Shown: positions 37,901 to 51,508 of the stretch, one piece after another | How the letters are laid out: every line of letters starts with the position of its first letter | How positions within the stretch are numbered: position 1 is the stretch's first letter | Assembly (NCBI RefSeq): GCF_004010195.1 | Contig: NC_057758.1 | Span: 6,255,829 to 6,318,914, forward strand | DNA from: Chiloscyllium plagiosum | Lineage: Eukaryota | Direction of reading: 5' to 3' | Length of the DNA stretch: 63,086 bases | The notes under the pieces: generated by a model | What the model was told of the DNA's origin: nothing | Database searches by the model: none | What the model saw: the letters and a program-made list of their open reading frames with translations, nothing else | Translations under genes and position numbers: made by a program

Positions 37901-39440
37901 TGTTTACCTCGGCTGGTACAAACGTACCGTCGCGTGTACATTCTCCAGTAATACAGTGTGGGACTCCCAATATTAGGACAGTCAGCATTAAGCAACTTGT
38001 GCATTATCTACATGTATATTGTAACACAATGTTGGCAGTGGATTACTCTTAAACTGTGTAGCAACTGATATTTGGGCATGCAGCGTTGTGGACAATCCAC
38101 ATTGTCAAACGGAAATAACAAGGAAACTACTTGCGACTCTTGTGCTGATATGGGACTGTCTCCATCTTTCATCCAGCTGGTCATCTCCTCATCAGTCTAA
38201 TTATAAAATCGTCACAAATACATTTGCTGAGAAATAAATACGGTTCTTGTTTGTTCAAGCCAGCATATGCATGGGGGATTGCAACAACAGTCTGTATTTA
38301 AACATATTGCAATTCTGCAGCGATTGGTGCATTTGGATCTTTGAAAGAATTGGGAACTCATATCTGCCCTATCGCTTTTATTTTCCAGCTGTTACGATTG
38401 TGGCGTTTCTCTTCTATTGCATATCTACTTCTAACGCTGCATGGCACAACTGGTTCAGCTACCAACTCCCTTTCTCACCATTGTTTCCAGTTCAGCAATC
38501 TTGAAAGCGACTTTCCTCATTCCCCAACTCAGCCATCTTCCAGTTCCCTTACGTTTACTTGTACTAGCGACTAACCATACTATTCGTAAATATGTCTTAG
38601 AATCACACCTCAAGATTTACTGAGCAGATACGTAATGTTTAAATACCAGTCAATCACACTGTAGACATTGCTCTACTTTAGACAGTACACAAACTGCACA
38701 ATATCAAATACAGGTGATTCCACACCGCAGTTATTTTATCAATGTCGATTTTGTTTCATTGTAAAGAACACATAGTCGACATACAGATGATTGTAATCTG
38801 TCCCCGGCATTAGATATAGTATTATGTAGGCATTGTCTTACTATAGTTAGTATACACAGTTCAAAACAATGAACCTTCGCATATATAGTCGCCTTCACAG
38901 GTATGATATGAATGTCGACAATGCACACTGGCACACAGCTGAATGTCTGTGCATCAGCCAATTCACACAATGCTTTTACAGTGCACAATACATTGGGTGA
39001 TTACTGTTGAGTGCCCGTATATTAATGATTCTACAAGATAGATATATTACTGTAGATTTTTCACTTTTTGTGTTTGATTTATTTGTGATTCTGCAAATGA
39101 GTGCGTGAGTGCAAGGTAATGTCCGTGTGGGTGCGTTTATGTCTGTGAAAGTGTGTGTTTGTGTATAATACTATGCGTATGTGTGACTGTGTGTGCATGC
39201 CCCTGTCTGTAAGCGTGTTTTTATGTGTATCTGTATATGTGATTGAGTGCAAGTTTATGTGTGTGTGCATGTTCCTGTATGTCAATACCATTGTATGTGA
39301 GTGTTAACGTGTCAAAGTACAGGTGCATGTCTACGTGAAAGTGTGCATGTCAGTGCATGTGTTCATTTATGTATTTGCATCTGAATGTGAGTGAGTGTGA
39401 GTGGTTGTGTATCTGTGTACGTGTGTATGTGAGAGAGAGA
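37890..39440. repeat. Unclassified repeat family: plus copy about 37890-38110, minus copy about 38620-39440 with a TG-rich end
   Basis: Shares TCT(C/A)CAGTAATA..ATAT..GG(A/G)CA(G/C)TCA(G/A)CA blocks with 60350-61100. Confidence 0.5.
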
Positions 39441-40100
39441 GAAAGAGAGAGAGAGGCAGATAGTGAGTGTTTCTGTTTATTTACATAGAGCCAAGCAGAG
39501 GAAGAATATTGTCAGCAATGGTGTCTGTGTCGGTGCAGGAATTGACATTGTCTTGATTTTAAACAGCTTTAAATCAATTTGTTAAGCAGATCCTTTTCCG
39601 CATGGGCAGATAACCAATGAATGAAAAAAAAAAGCCAAGGACCAGAAAGAGACTGTAAGAAAGGGCGAAATTGCGTGGCAGACATTTGGTGAAACAAACT
39701 GCAGAGTAGAGCACAGAGAAAGAGAGAGACAGACTGAAAGTCGAGAGGGAAAGGCAGAAAGAGGAACACACAAAAACAAACAGAGAGATCGATAGAGGTG
39801 GAGACACAGCGATTGAAACAATTTTAGCACATAAATAGCGGGTGAGACATAAATGACTGAGGGAGATATAAAAAAGAGCGGGGGAAAGACAGAGAGACAA
39901 CGAAACAGAGAGAGAATTGCAGAGACACAGATTAAGACATACTCAAAAGATATTGACAGGCAGAAACATAAGGAACAATCTGAATGATAGATGGGGAAAT
40001 GGGGGGTAAGGGGAAAGCAGAGTGAGATAGAGCAGGAAAGAGACAGAGAGAGGTACAGGCAGATGGATAAAGAGACACACAGAGAAAACAAAAAGAGGAA
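39430..40100. repeat. GA-rich low-complexity tract
   Basis: Degenerate (GA)n/(GACA)n. Confidence 0.75.
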
Positions 40101-40849
40101 CTCTGTGGTAACAAAGTACAGGTTGAGACAATCTGTCCCCAGAGGACCCAGACAAAATGTGCAGTTCCTCACTGGGATAATGCATGGAGATTAATTCTTG
40201 ATAAACCTGAACTCATCACATTTTTTACATTGTTTGAAGAAAATTTCCCCAGTTGGCCCAATTTCAGATCCAGCAGGACAGAAATCATGGCTCATTGTAT
40301 ATAACAAATTAATACACTCTAGAGGTGGATGACTCTAGTTTGAGGTAAACAATCATAAATACTTGGCATAGGATACTGCTCGTTAAAATACTTACTTCTA
40401 TTCTCCTGTGAAAATCTGGCTTTGCATTCACAAGCAGATAGACGTACTAAGAAAAAAAACCAAGAGTGTTGTGGACAGAGGAAAAGGATGAGAACGCTGT
40501 TGAATGATCTCTTTTCATAGTGTTCACTAAGCTGATCTCTTCTGCCGTTCCTTGATCTTCCACAAACCCAAACGCCCTCACATTACAATGACTGACAAGT
40601 GTAACAAAGCTGATGATGGTCAAGCTTGAACTATTCCTACTGCAGAGGAATGGACAGCGCCTGAAACTCCAAGAGACAGAAATGTTCTGCCCAAACCTTA
40701 ACACCTACAAACTATTCACACTGGAAACAAACTCTCATGTGTTGGTTGGAATTAGACCTACTTTTATCGATAACTACTCATTAGTCCACAGACCAGCCAC
40801 ATACTGCTAGTTGAATTTCCATTTTTTCACATCTTCTGCTTAGCTTCAT

Positions 40850-41550
40850 AGAATCATAGAGATTGTCAGCATGGAAACAGACCATTCAGCTCAAATGGCC
40901 CATGGCAATCAGATATCCTAAATCAAACCTCCCCCATTTGCCAGCATTTGATTCATATTCCCTTAAACACTTCATAGTCAAATACCCAGATAACTTTTAA
41001 ACGTGGTAATTATGTCAGCCTCCATTCCACCAACTTTCTACATTCAACACTCTCTTTCAAAACTTGCCCAATTGGTCCATTTTAAGACGCTTCACTCTGA
41101 CCTTAAACCATTGCTGCCGATGTCTCGATTCCCCTACCCGGGAAAAAAGGCTATTCAATATTGCCAAATTACACATGATTTTATAAATTTCTGTTTGATC
41201 TCCCCTCAGTCTCAATGTTCCGGAGAAACTTGCTTCAGTCTATTCATCCTCTTCCTGTGCCTCAAACACTCCAAATCCAGCAATATTTGTGTAAACCGTT
41301 TCTGCATACTTTCACGTTTCAGAACATCATTCCTATAGAAGGGAAAGCAGAAGAGAAATCAATATTCCAAAATAAAACTAATCAATGTCCTATACAGGCA
41401 CAACATGACGTACAAAGCCTAAACTCAATACAAATTACCTTGACAACTAAAGAAATGTACACCAAATGCATTCTTTGCTACCCAGTCTACCTTCGACTAA
41501 GTTCTCAAGGAAATACGAAACTGTACTGCAAAGTCTGTTCATTCTAGGCC
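40850..41550 (-). mobile_element. Decayed CR1 3' fragment
   Basis: CATAGAATCATAGAG tail and reverse-complement 3' UTR (ACAGACCATTCAGCTC). Confidence 0.55.
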
Positions 41551-41914
41551 AGGTGAACTGCATGGCTCTCGTCCGCATCTCATCCAATCAATCGCTGTTA
41601 CAGGCAGCAGCTGTGCAAGAATCGTTTACACCATTTTTAAAACATTTAAATATGGAGCATTTGTTGTTACACAGCCTTAATATCTTTTAAAACTACTTAT
41701 TTCATTTCATTTCACAACCGAAAAAGTGTAGAAAGATAAAGAAAAGGACATAATATTGACAAATGAATGAGAGAGAAAAAGTTTTATTGAAGGGGAGATA
41801 CTGGGAAACAGAAAGCGGAGACAGTTAAACATTAATATAGAGTGAGAGGCAAAGAATGTGGGAGGGAGAATGCAGTAACGTGGAGATGTCAGAACGAGAT
41901 AAAAAGTAATGTGA

Positions 41915-43400
41915 TCGAACTGAATTGAACTGAATTGAATTTATTGTCACGTATACCGAGGCATAGTGAAAAGCTTTGTCTTGTGAGAAATTCAGGCAGA
42001 TCACTGCGTTAAGTGGCAGACATAAGTAAGTAATAGGAAACAGTGCCAAGAACAAAAACACAAGTACAACCGAATGCTCAGAGTTTGTGAGTCAATTCAG
42101 TATTCTGACAACAGTAGGGTAGAAACTCTTACGTTACCGGCTACTGCGTGTGTCGAGGCTACTGTATCTTCTCCCCGATGGTAGAGAGTGCAGAAAAGCA
42201 TTGCAGGGTGGGAAGGATCTTTGGAAATGCTGGCGGCCTTTCTTTAATAGGGGGCCTATGTAGAACGATTGTATAGATGGGAGGTTGGGCTTTGTGACTG
42301 TCCGGACCGAGTTCACCACTCCTCGTTACCGTGTCTGATCTAGAATAGTACAGTTGGCTACCAGGCTGTAATAAATGCATAGACAATTCTCTCGGTGGTG
42401 CACCTATAACAGTTAGCAAGGTATGAGCTATCATACCTAATTTTCTCAGCTGCCCGAGGAAGAAATTACACTGTTGGGTCTTTGTAACCAATGCGTCCAC
42501 GGGAAAAGTCCAAGAAAGCGTATTCTGGATGACCACCTCCACGAGCTTGACACTCTCCATTCGTTCCAGCTCTGTGCTGCTAAATTTTAGGGGGCATGAT
42601 TAATATCCCGCCGAAAGTTAGCAATGATTTCCTTGGTTTCGCCCGCTTTGAGAGCTAGGTTGTTCGCAATGCACCGTTTTCCAGCTCTTCCACCTTCCAT
42701 ATATAACCTGTTTCGTCACCATCTGAGATTCGATCGACTATAGTGATGTCATCAGCAAACGTGTAAATGGCCTAGTACTTGACGATGCAGTCGTGGGTAG
42801 AAAGTGAGTACATTATGGAGCTGAATACGCATCTCTGGGGGACTCCAGTTTGAGTGTGAGTATGGATGAATTATTGCCCGAAATCTTCACTGATTGTGGT
42901 ATGTGAGTCCGGAAACCGAGGATCCAGTCGCAGGGAGTGGGGCTAAGTTCGAGTTTACTAAGTTTAATAATCAGTCTTGAGGGGATAATAGTGTTGATCG
43001 TTGAAATGTAGCCAATGAATAAGATTCGTACATAGCTGTTCTTGGTGCCACGATGTTCGAGGCAGGTGTGACGTGTCAGTGATATGGCATCTGACGTGGA
43101 TCTGTTGGCCCAATAGGCAGATTCGAGTGGGACAAGAGTAGTGGAGAGGCTGGAGTTGATTAATGCCATAACCAGCACTTCAAAGCATTTCAAGACGACT
43201 GAAGCTCGGGCCAGTGGGCGGCAGTCATTGAGACATGTTGCGTGAGGCTTATTAAGCACAAGGATGATGTTGTCTATCTTGAAACAGGCAGGGATAGTGG
43301 CCTGCTTCAGGGAAAGGTTGATGATGCCCGAGAAGACCTCTGCCAGTTTATCTGTGTATGCTCTGAGTGCGCGGCCTAGTACTCCATCTGGTCCTATCAC
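41915..43400 (-). mobile_element. Rex1/Babar-type LINE, 5'-truncated
   Basis: GPDGVLGRALRAYTDKLAEVFSGIINLSL..CLNDCRPLA..LKCFE..AYWANRSTSDAI..YVRILFI..NTIIP..CDWIL..QSVKI, and LPSGRRY near the C-terminus. The 3' end is AATAAA followed by (TTCA[A/G])n at 41917-41945. Confidence 0.85.
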
Positions 43401-43466
43401 TTAACTTGATTTCAAACAAAGAAAAAATTATCCGGCCACTGCTGTATTGACTGTTGGGATAGGTTC

Positions 43467-43630
43467 GTCAGGACTTTTCGGAATTGGCACAGACAGAGAG
43501 AGAGAGAGAGAGAGAAAGAAAGAGAGTGAGAAAGGGATATATATATATATATATATATATCCCTTTCTCGCTCTCTTTCTTTCTCTCTCTCTCTCTCTCT
43601 CTGTCTGTGCCAATTCCGAAAAGTCCTGAC
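43467..43630. repeat. 164-bp near-perfect palindrome centred on (AT)n
   Basis: GTCAGGACTTTTCGGAATTGGCACAGAC(AG)n..GGG(AT)nCCC..(CT)nGTCTGTGCCAATTCCGAAAAGTCCTGAC, with one mismatch. Confidence 0.95.
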
Positions 43631-45044
43631 CTATATATATATATATATATAGCCAGAAAGAAAGTAGAGATAGAAAGAATGAAAACGCAAAGAATGATAG
43701 ACGGAGAAAGGCAGAGAGGGGCAGAAGGACATGGGTTTGGTAGGGAGAAGCTAGCATGGAGAAATACAACAGATAGAGAGATAGAGGGAGAAAGACACAC
43801 GATGAGAGGAAGAGAATGAGTCCGTGTCAAAGAGAAACAGACAGACTGAGAGGGGAAGCAGACAAATTGAGAGAGACACTTCGAGTTGGGGAGCACACAC
43901 GGACCTGTAATTAAATACTCCTGGGTTCAAGGTGTTCATCAACGATTGTGAATGGAAGAAAGGAGGCGAGGTGGCAATTTTAGTGAAAGAGGGAGTTTTA
44001 TTTCTCGGGACAAAGGATGATCCAGGGTGATTTTCCTTGTTGTTTATTTTCCTTGCTTTATTTATTTTTGCACATTCGTTTGCCGTTTCAAATATTTCCT
44101 TAGTAGCACTTACCGCAGTGGAAAGTTGAGCTCAGTGTGGAACATAGGTATCGTCAAGATGAGTCCAAAATGCAGTCATGGCAGCACTGGCATCGAGTGG
44201 CGAGGTGTGTTATTGGAAAGTGGCAGTGATGTTGATCTGTCCAACCCAGTCAGCAGCTTTTGCGATGCTAGCATTGATGTGCCCAGTGCAGAACTCATAG
44301 CTGGGAAGAATGACAAATGTTTGCTCCAATCATGGAGATGTTAATGTTGTTAGGGCAGAGAATGGCGACATGATTTTTGTCGCAGGCCCCGATAAGTAGA
44401 CCCAGAGAAGAATTTCAGGGCGTTGTGAGATGGTGCTACAGAATGCACAAGCTGTGTGGCGATGTTTTTGAGTCTAGTGTAAATAGCATGAATGAGCTTG
44501 ACCCAGGATTCATGGCAGTGCGAAACAATAATTACCCAGTATTAATTGGAAAAGCCATATTGTAAAGGGCAGAGAGAGGCAAGTGTTCTTCAATTGCATT
44601 TAGCATAAATTTCTGCGTCAATATGTGCCCAGTACAAATGGAAGTGATATGCCGTAGATCTGATTCTTTGAAATGTGGTGATCCCAATGGATCAAGTGAA
44701 GCATATTTGGCAGATGATGATCACTTTATTGGAAGTTTGAGAATGAAGGTGTAGAAGAACAGTGCTCAATCAATCGTAATGTTTGGCGGAGAGAGAGAGA
44801 TCTTCAATGTAACAAGAACAGGGTCAAAGCCAGAAAGACGGCAATAACAATTTCTTTGGTGAGATTGGAAGTAAATAATGTACGACCTTCCAAGTGGAGA
44901 TGACCTCTGCGCGAACAAGTCTCTTTTCCATACTCTGGAAAGGTAGGACAAACAAAGACACAGCAACTTGTTTGATAAAGGAGCTAAACGAAAACTAAAA
45001 AGATGTTTTGATGGCAGGAATGTGACATGACAAAGCCATATCTT

Positions 45045-45350
45045 TGCGGCACGATGACTAAGTAATTAGCACACTACCCTCACAGCGCCTAGGTCTAGGA
45101 TTCGGTCCACCCTCGAGTGAGAGTTGTGTTGAGTTTGAAAATTCTCTCCGTGTTGGCTGATGTTTCCTCCCACAGTTCAAAGATGGGCAAGTTGGGTGAA
45201 TTGGCCGTGTTAAATTTTCTCGTAGTGTCAAGGGATGTGTGGATTGGATATGGAAAATGCAGGTTTGCGTTGATGGGGCTGGTCTGGTTGGGCTGATTTC
45301 CGTGTGTTGGTGCAGACTCCATGGGCTGAATGGCCTGTTTCAACAATGCC
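45045..45350 (+). mobile_element. Decayed V-SINE
   Basis: GCGGCACGATGACTAAGTAATTAGCAC head, TTTCCTCCCACAGTTCAAAGATG, and GGGCTGAATGGCCTGTTTC tail. Confidence 0.72.
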
Positions 45351-47254
45351 GGGATTTGATGATCTGTGACAGGCTTCGAAAAACAACGGAAGGCAAATGA
45401 TGACAGGGAAGGGAGAAAGCATAGTACAGAAGCAAAGAAGTATTCTAAGAAAAGAGTGACAGCTGACATCAACTGATGCGCCGAAGTGCTTAATATATAC
45501 ATAAATAGTCTCACAAAGTGATAATTCAAACGGTAGGCATCATGGGCAACTGAAAAACACATGGAAACGGAGAGCAGGCAATTTTTAAAGATGAGCTGAG
45601 ATCACGGGAGAAAAGGTGTTCCTTGAAACTAGCAGAGAACGCCAAGCTCGGCAATGATAAATGTAGAGAGTAACACACAAGCAGGTTGCAGATGCACAGA
45701 GATAGGTTAAGTGAGTGGGCAAAGCCCGACAGCTGAAGCACAACATGGGAAAGGGGAAATGTTCACGTTAGGCATACAGATGGTGCGGCCATTATCTCGG
45801 GATGAAATGCCTTCATATTGTGTTCATCTTGACCTTCTCATGGTTTTTCCCAGTCTGTGCTGTCTCTTTCCGAACTGAACGTTTAAGGTACAACAATCTC
45901 AAATCCCCGCGACATTATGCTTCGAATGTGCGGTCCCAGTCCCTTCTGGTTAAGGGATATCCGCTTTCTTTCTCGTTCTCTCCCCCTCTCCCTCCACGCT
46001 TCTCGACCTCTCTCGTTGCCTGTCTCTCACCATCCACTGCAGGTTTTACGGTCATCCATTTTCTGATATTCGTGAACACATTTAAAAAAAGAATCAGTCA
46101 CAAACGATCCTCATTCTTGAGACCCAGACTTTGAAGTACCCACAGCATTATATCTTACTTTTGTGAAGAGAATGTTTTTTTTTTGGGGAGAGGTGGGGAT
46201 GATGCGGTAGATCAAATACCTGCCCCTGTATCTCAATAATCCTGTTTAAGACATATTTCGTATTCATTGTGCAGTATGTTAATTTACATGTTATCCCCTT
46301 TTTTTAACTCTTACTCTGAGAGGACCAATACATTACTGCTTCCTGAGGCAGTGTTATCGGCCCCTGCATTATTCATTCCTTTTTTCTTTAATCTCCGAGT
46401 GTTCCTCCGAGTTCCCACGCTCCTGACCAGGCCGTTAAAACCTGCCCAGTGGTAGGAACATATCAGCTGCCCATGCAATCTGAACCAAACTCTATCGATG
46501 TGTATCACCTGGGAGCTGTGAAGTTCACGTGAGTCTCATCGCTGTTGAGATTACGCCTTCATTCTAAAGCAATCCATGCCGCAGCACTATTGTAAATATG
46601 CACTACGTCTCGTTACATTTCTTTCTTCAAATGTGAACCATAGCACCTCACCAATATTCTCTGTTAATTTCTAAAACTTCTGGAACAGATCCATTGTTAT
46701 CAAATAATGGCAAACATGTCTGAAACAAACAAACAACGGTTTGCGATTAGAAGAACGTCATTGAGATGAGATCTGAATTAATATTTTCATCTAAGCTTGG
46801 TGCAATTATGTGATATACCACCGAAGAGCGTGTTGGAGCCACGTATTCTCAAAATATTTAAGAAGCACTTGGATGACAACGTTACAAAACAGGGAACAAT
46901 AGTCTCTTTACCAAATACAGGAATTCGTGCAGTTTGATGTTTGTTTGTTGGCTCAGATATGCTGGGCTAAATGTTCTGTTTCTCTGCTGTATGATCTTCT
47001 GCCTACATGTTGTGTGCAAAACAGTATAACATTTCAATTAGATTAAGAAGATCATGCTCCCCTTCCACATCCTGTCTCCCGGAGTATGCTGGATGGTCTG
47101 CACATCCTTGGTTTATGTCACCCATGATCTGCCTAAGTGGTGCAGTTCTGCAAAACCACCTCTGACTTCAATTAACAAAATCAAATTGAGAATGACAAAA
47201 TTGGAAGGCTTTTGAGAGCTTCGTTCCTTTGTTCAATAATTTGTTTGCAGATCA

Positions 47255-47565
47255 TAGAATCGCCACTGTACGGAAACCAGCCATTCAGCACAGCAGGTTC
47301 AAAGTGGACCTATTCCGCTATTACTATGCATTTAGTCCTGGTAAGTACATCTAATCTACAAATTCCTGCATACGAGTTGTAATTTAGCATGGCCAATTCA
47401 CCTGACATGCACATCGTTGCATTGTGGGAGGAAACTGGAGCGAACCCATGACGGCACGGGGAGAACACACAAATTCGACACAGGCAGTCACCTGATGATG
47501 GAATCACACTCGGATTCTTGGCAATGTGAGGAGGCAGTACTAACCACTGAGCCACTGTGTCGCCC
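47255..47565 (-). mobile_element. Decayed V-SINE
   Basis: AATTTAGCATGGCCAATTCACCTGAC..TGTGGGAGGAAACTGGAGC..CTAACCACTGAGCCACTGTGTCGCCC. Confidence 0.8.
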
Positions 47566-47856
47566 TACCTGAATGGAGACAGTGAATGCTCCCCCGCTGC
47601 TCGGGGCACGACGGATGTTGATTTGAAAGATGTTAGCTAAACCTATTTGTTCAGGAACTGCAATTAATGCCAGTCTCTATGGGTCACGTTGTGTCGCCAG
47701 AGAGATCTCCAGTTCTCTTCATAAAGGGAGACATTACAAAGTGTGATCTCATGGAATTAGAGAGAGGCCTCAGCTGAGACTTGCACAGGGTTTGACGTGT
47801 CTAAGGGGGAGAAGAGCAAATTCAATTTGAGAAGGGCATACTTGACCATTATAGCA

Positions 47857-48037
47857 ATGGAATGGATTCCGGATTCAGCAGATTGGAGATTCACAAATAT
47901 AAGCTGGAAAGACTCTTCGCATTTTTCCTTTTACATTAGAAATCAACATTTGATGCTGTTCTACGATCGAATACGACATGCACTCCTGCTGTTTGAGCAC
48001 ATCTACGACCCATTCCTTGCAGTCGTGGGTGTCTTTG
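47857..48037 (+). pseudogene. GPR139/GPR142-like GPCR, gene B, exon 1 (donor reads AT instead of GT)
   Basis: MEWIPDSADWRFTNIS..RIRHALLLFEHIYDPFLAVVGVF aligns with gene A RIQYTLYIIQGYYYPIIGFVGIS. At the homologous phase-1 junction the sequence is G|ATAAGT. Confidence 0.7.
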
Positions 48038-48209
48038 ATAAGTATTTCTATTTAGTGAATTCAATCCATGAACCGGAGATGGAGGTGGGGTCTCTTTCAA
48101 ATGAAAAGAGATCCAGCAGTTTAGAATGTTATACTGACTGCGTGCTGAACTTGATGGGCTTGGCTGACTGGACAAATGCTTTTGCATTCAGCGTGATATT
48201 AGCATCGAT

Positions 48210-48794
48210 AGTTCCATTCCTGTATCTGATAGTCAGCCCAGCTCACACTCGTTGTAACTGAAATATAACTAAGAGCAACATGGGTTTCTGCATGGCTATG
48301 AAACCTCCTTTCGCGGAATGTGATAATGTGCAGATTATCCACATCACTATCATCCTGATCTCTGTCACAATTTATGATAAAACTTTCCTCCAACGTCAGC
48401 TTTAGGCTGTTGTTTTCCAGGCATCAGCGACCTTTGTCTTTCTCGAAGGGTTTCGAAGATGCTGTCTGAGTGATTTGCTGTAAGATTCCCAGCGTCGAGT
48501 AAGTTCCATTCCTGTATCTAATAGTCAGCCCAGCTCACACTCCTTGCAACTGAAATATAACTAAGAGCAACATGGGTTTCTGCATGGCTATGAAACCTCC
48601 TTTCGCGGAATGTGATAATTTGCAGATTATCCACATCACTATCATCCTGATCTCTGTCACAATTTATGATAAAACCTTCCTCCAACGTCAGCTTAAGGCT
48701 GTTGTTTTCCAGGCATCAGCTGCCTTTGTCTTTCTCGAAGGGTTTCGAAGATGCTGTCTGAGTGATTTGCTGTAAGATTCCCAGCGTCGAGTAA
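48210..48794. repeat. Tandem duplication, 292-bp period, in the gene B intron
   Basis: AGTTCCATTCCTGTATCT occurs at 48210 and 48502. Both units end CCCAGCGTCGAGTA and differ by few substitutions. Confidence 0.92.
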
Positions 48795-50447
48795 CTCATG
48801 TATTTATGAGATTCGAGCAGATTAGTGTAAATGATAAGTCAATCTGAACATTGCAGCCAGTCAACAGCACGTACAATGAATACATCAATTAATGAACAGG
48901 AGTCACTGTCGAGAAAATCTCAATTATAACTCCCTCAAACATCTGTCATCGCTCCAAAACTGCTCTGAGGGTTCTCCGATGTTTCCTCTTCTGCTCAGTC
49001 CACTCATAAACAAGATGTTTCTTCCATTGGAGTAGAAAACTCACAAGGCAATCAACAGCCTCCTCACACCAATAACAATGATATAAAACGAAATTGTCAG
49101 CAGAACGCTGTGCCAAAAACGGGAGTGTGGACCTCTCATGTTCCCAAACCAGCTGCCTTTCTCCAAACATTTCTGCTTTCGTCTCAAAATCCCAGCCTTC
49201 ATTGTTTTCATTTTACAGTCACAGAGTTTGACCTGGATAAAAGGGGAAAGTTAAAGGCGAAACACATGTCATACGAATAGCTGATGGGAGATGTTCATTT
49301 ATTCGGAAAAAAAACACAACTTCAAGACAAAGCTCGTATCCGCAGGAATTTCCAACAATCAGTGGTGAAGTACTGAAGCGCCAAAGGGGACTTGTCCGGT
49401 TGAAAGGTGAAATCATATTCCCTCATTTTAACATTCGATTCAAAGTAGGGATCTAAACCATGTGAAATGGAGACATTCAAGAGAGCTTGCCGGGAGCAGG
49501 GTCAAGTTAATGGCGAAAGAAAATTTGCAGACTTGGTAAAGAGACTACAATCCAGGAATTGCAACCCGAACACCGCGAGTGGCAGACGATCAGCGGAGGT
49601 GTGTCAGCACTAAAGCGACGCTAGCTATCTCGGATTTGCCGTTCTGCCAACATCCAGTCATGAATAATGGCGGACAATGAAACTAGGAAATGAGGGACGG
49701 TGTTTGACCAATCTGCCCGTCTTCTGCAAACCGACATGTCATGAAAGAAAGAACCCTAAGTATTAATTAGTTTTATTTCAGTCAGAGGCATCTTACGGTT
49801 TTATCACCTTTGCATCCTTTCAGTCTACTTGCCATACGTCGCAAATCTATCTCAGCTTTAGGAATGAATGCATGGGCGTCCAGAATTGGATGCTTCGCTG
49901 ATGATGCTGTTTCAACACAAGGAATACACCGGCGTCTACGTTCCTGTCATATATTCTCCCGTTAAAAGAAACCATCAGGAATTTCTGAAAATCTGGCAGA
50001 ATCTGTGGAGAGAGAACAAAAAGAAAAGTTCACACATAATGCCCATTCTACGATACAATCTTAGACAGTGACACACCCACAAACGAACCTCACCGCCATC
50101 CCTTACTCCCCGTTCTGAACTGCTGCAATCCTCCTTCCCACTTTTGCCCTCCTGAGTCACGTTTCGAATCTAGAATGGCTCTTCTACATGAGAGCATCTT
50201 TGGTAAGAGGAAAACGGTTAAAATTTGTAGCTTAATACGACTTAAATATGCACAAGTACTTCCGAGCGCACAATGTTTCATAGCAAGAATTTTCCCAGTC
50301 ACACAACCCTCTGAGAGTAACAGTTCATCCTCATTTCAATCTTAAATGGGTGCCGCTTCGGACTGAGTGTGCTCCTTTTCTGTTGTGAAAAGCAATGCGT
50401 GCTCTTCACCTGATTGTAACTTCCAGATTTTGTTTTCTTTCTGACAG

Positions 50448-51508
50448 TTAACGCAGTGGCGATTGCAATCTTCCCTCGAGCTAATTGCGGTGTATCCAAA
50501 TGTGTATCTTTGTATCTGTTGGACATGGCAGTGGCGGATCTATTGGTCAATATCCTTGACCTTATCCTGAGGCACATTCCAATTGTTTATAAGACATATT
50601 TTCAGTTCGTGAAGTCTGTTCCTGTGTGCAATGCCCATGCCATTCTTGTGAATTCAGCTACAGAGTGTTCTGTGTGGTTTACTGTTGCTTTCACAATTGA
50701 TCGATTTGTGGCCATCAGCTGCCAGAAACTGAAACGCAAATACTGCAATGTGAAAATGTCATCTGTGATATTGGGAACAGTGACAGTTCTGAGCTGTTTA
50801 AAGAATATGTTTTGGTATTTTAAGTTAACAGGTCAATATCGGGTAAAGAACATTCCTTGGTTTTGTCAGGAAAGATTGAATATTGTATTATCTCAGTGCT
50901 GGGCAACAGTCGAAATCATTCATTATCTTCTAACCCCATGTTTGGCAATACTTTTGACCGTGCTGTTTAATGGTTTATGTGTCAGACATACCCTAATTGC
51001 CAAAAGTGCCCGCGTCAGATTGCAGACTCTGAGAAAGGGGATGCATGCCACTGACCCGAAAATAGAAAGTCGAAGAAAATCTATAATTTTGCTGTTTCTC
51101 ATTTCGACGAACTTTATCATGTCGTGGGCCGTCATTACGCTCTATGTAATATGGAGAAGAGTGCGGCGGATTGTGCAGACGCGAATCTTCCTGCATTATT
51201 TTGGACAGGAAATTGGATACATTTGCCAACTCACCAGTTGCTGCACAAATATTTGTATTTATACTGTGACATTGAACAAGTTCAGGGACCAGATGAAGGC
51301 TGTGTTGAAACGTCCATTTACACTTATTAAAATTAAGCAAAGAAACGCATTTTCAAAAAATACATACATATCATGGATATTAAACGAAAGATCCGCTACT
51401 GCCATGTCCAACAGATACGTGTCACAAATTCGCTTGATTCGTGATTGCATTCGTCAACACATTAACTGTGAGAAAAGAAACAAATCGTGGAAATTAAACA
51501 TTAGTTGA
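50448..51508 (+). CDS. GPR139/GPR142-like GPCR, gene B, exon 2; open frame with aberrant extended C-terminus (possible pseudogene)
   Basis: Acceptor TTTTCTTTCTGACAG|TT AAC (phase 1, V-N-A-V). Motifs: MAVADLL, PVCNAH, FTIDRFVAISC, PWFC, TPCL, NFIMSW, SCCTNICIY, KFRDQMK. Gene A stops after FTLILQCLR, whereas this frame continues about 55 codons further. Confidence 0.8.

Noticed and set aside
40447..40704. Ig V-like strand (CSRNSSSLTII) on the minus strand
   Set aside because: No conserved Trp, no DxxxYYC motif and no recombination signal sequence.
48038..50447. Minor-spliceosome AT-AC intron in gene B
   Set aside because: The donor is ATAAGT, not ATATCC, and the in-frame acceptor is AG; it fits a mutated U2 donor better.
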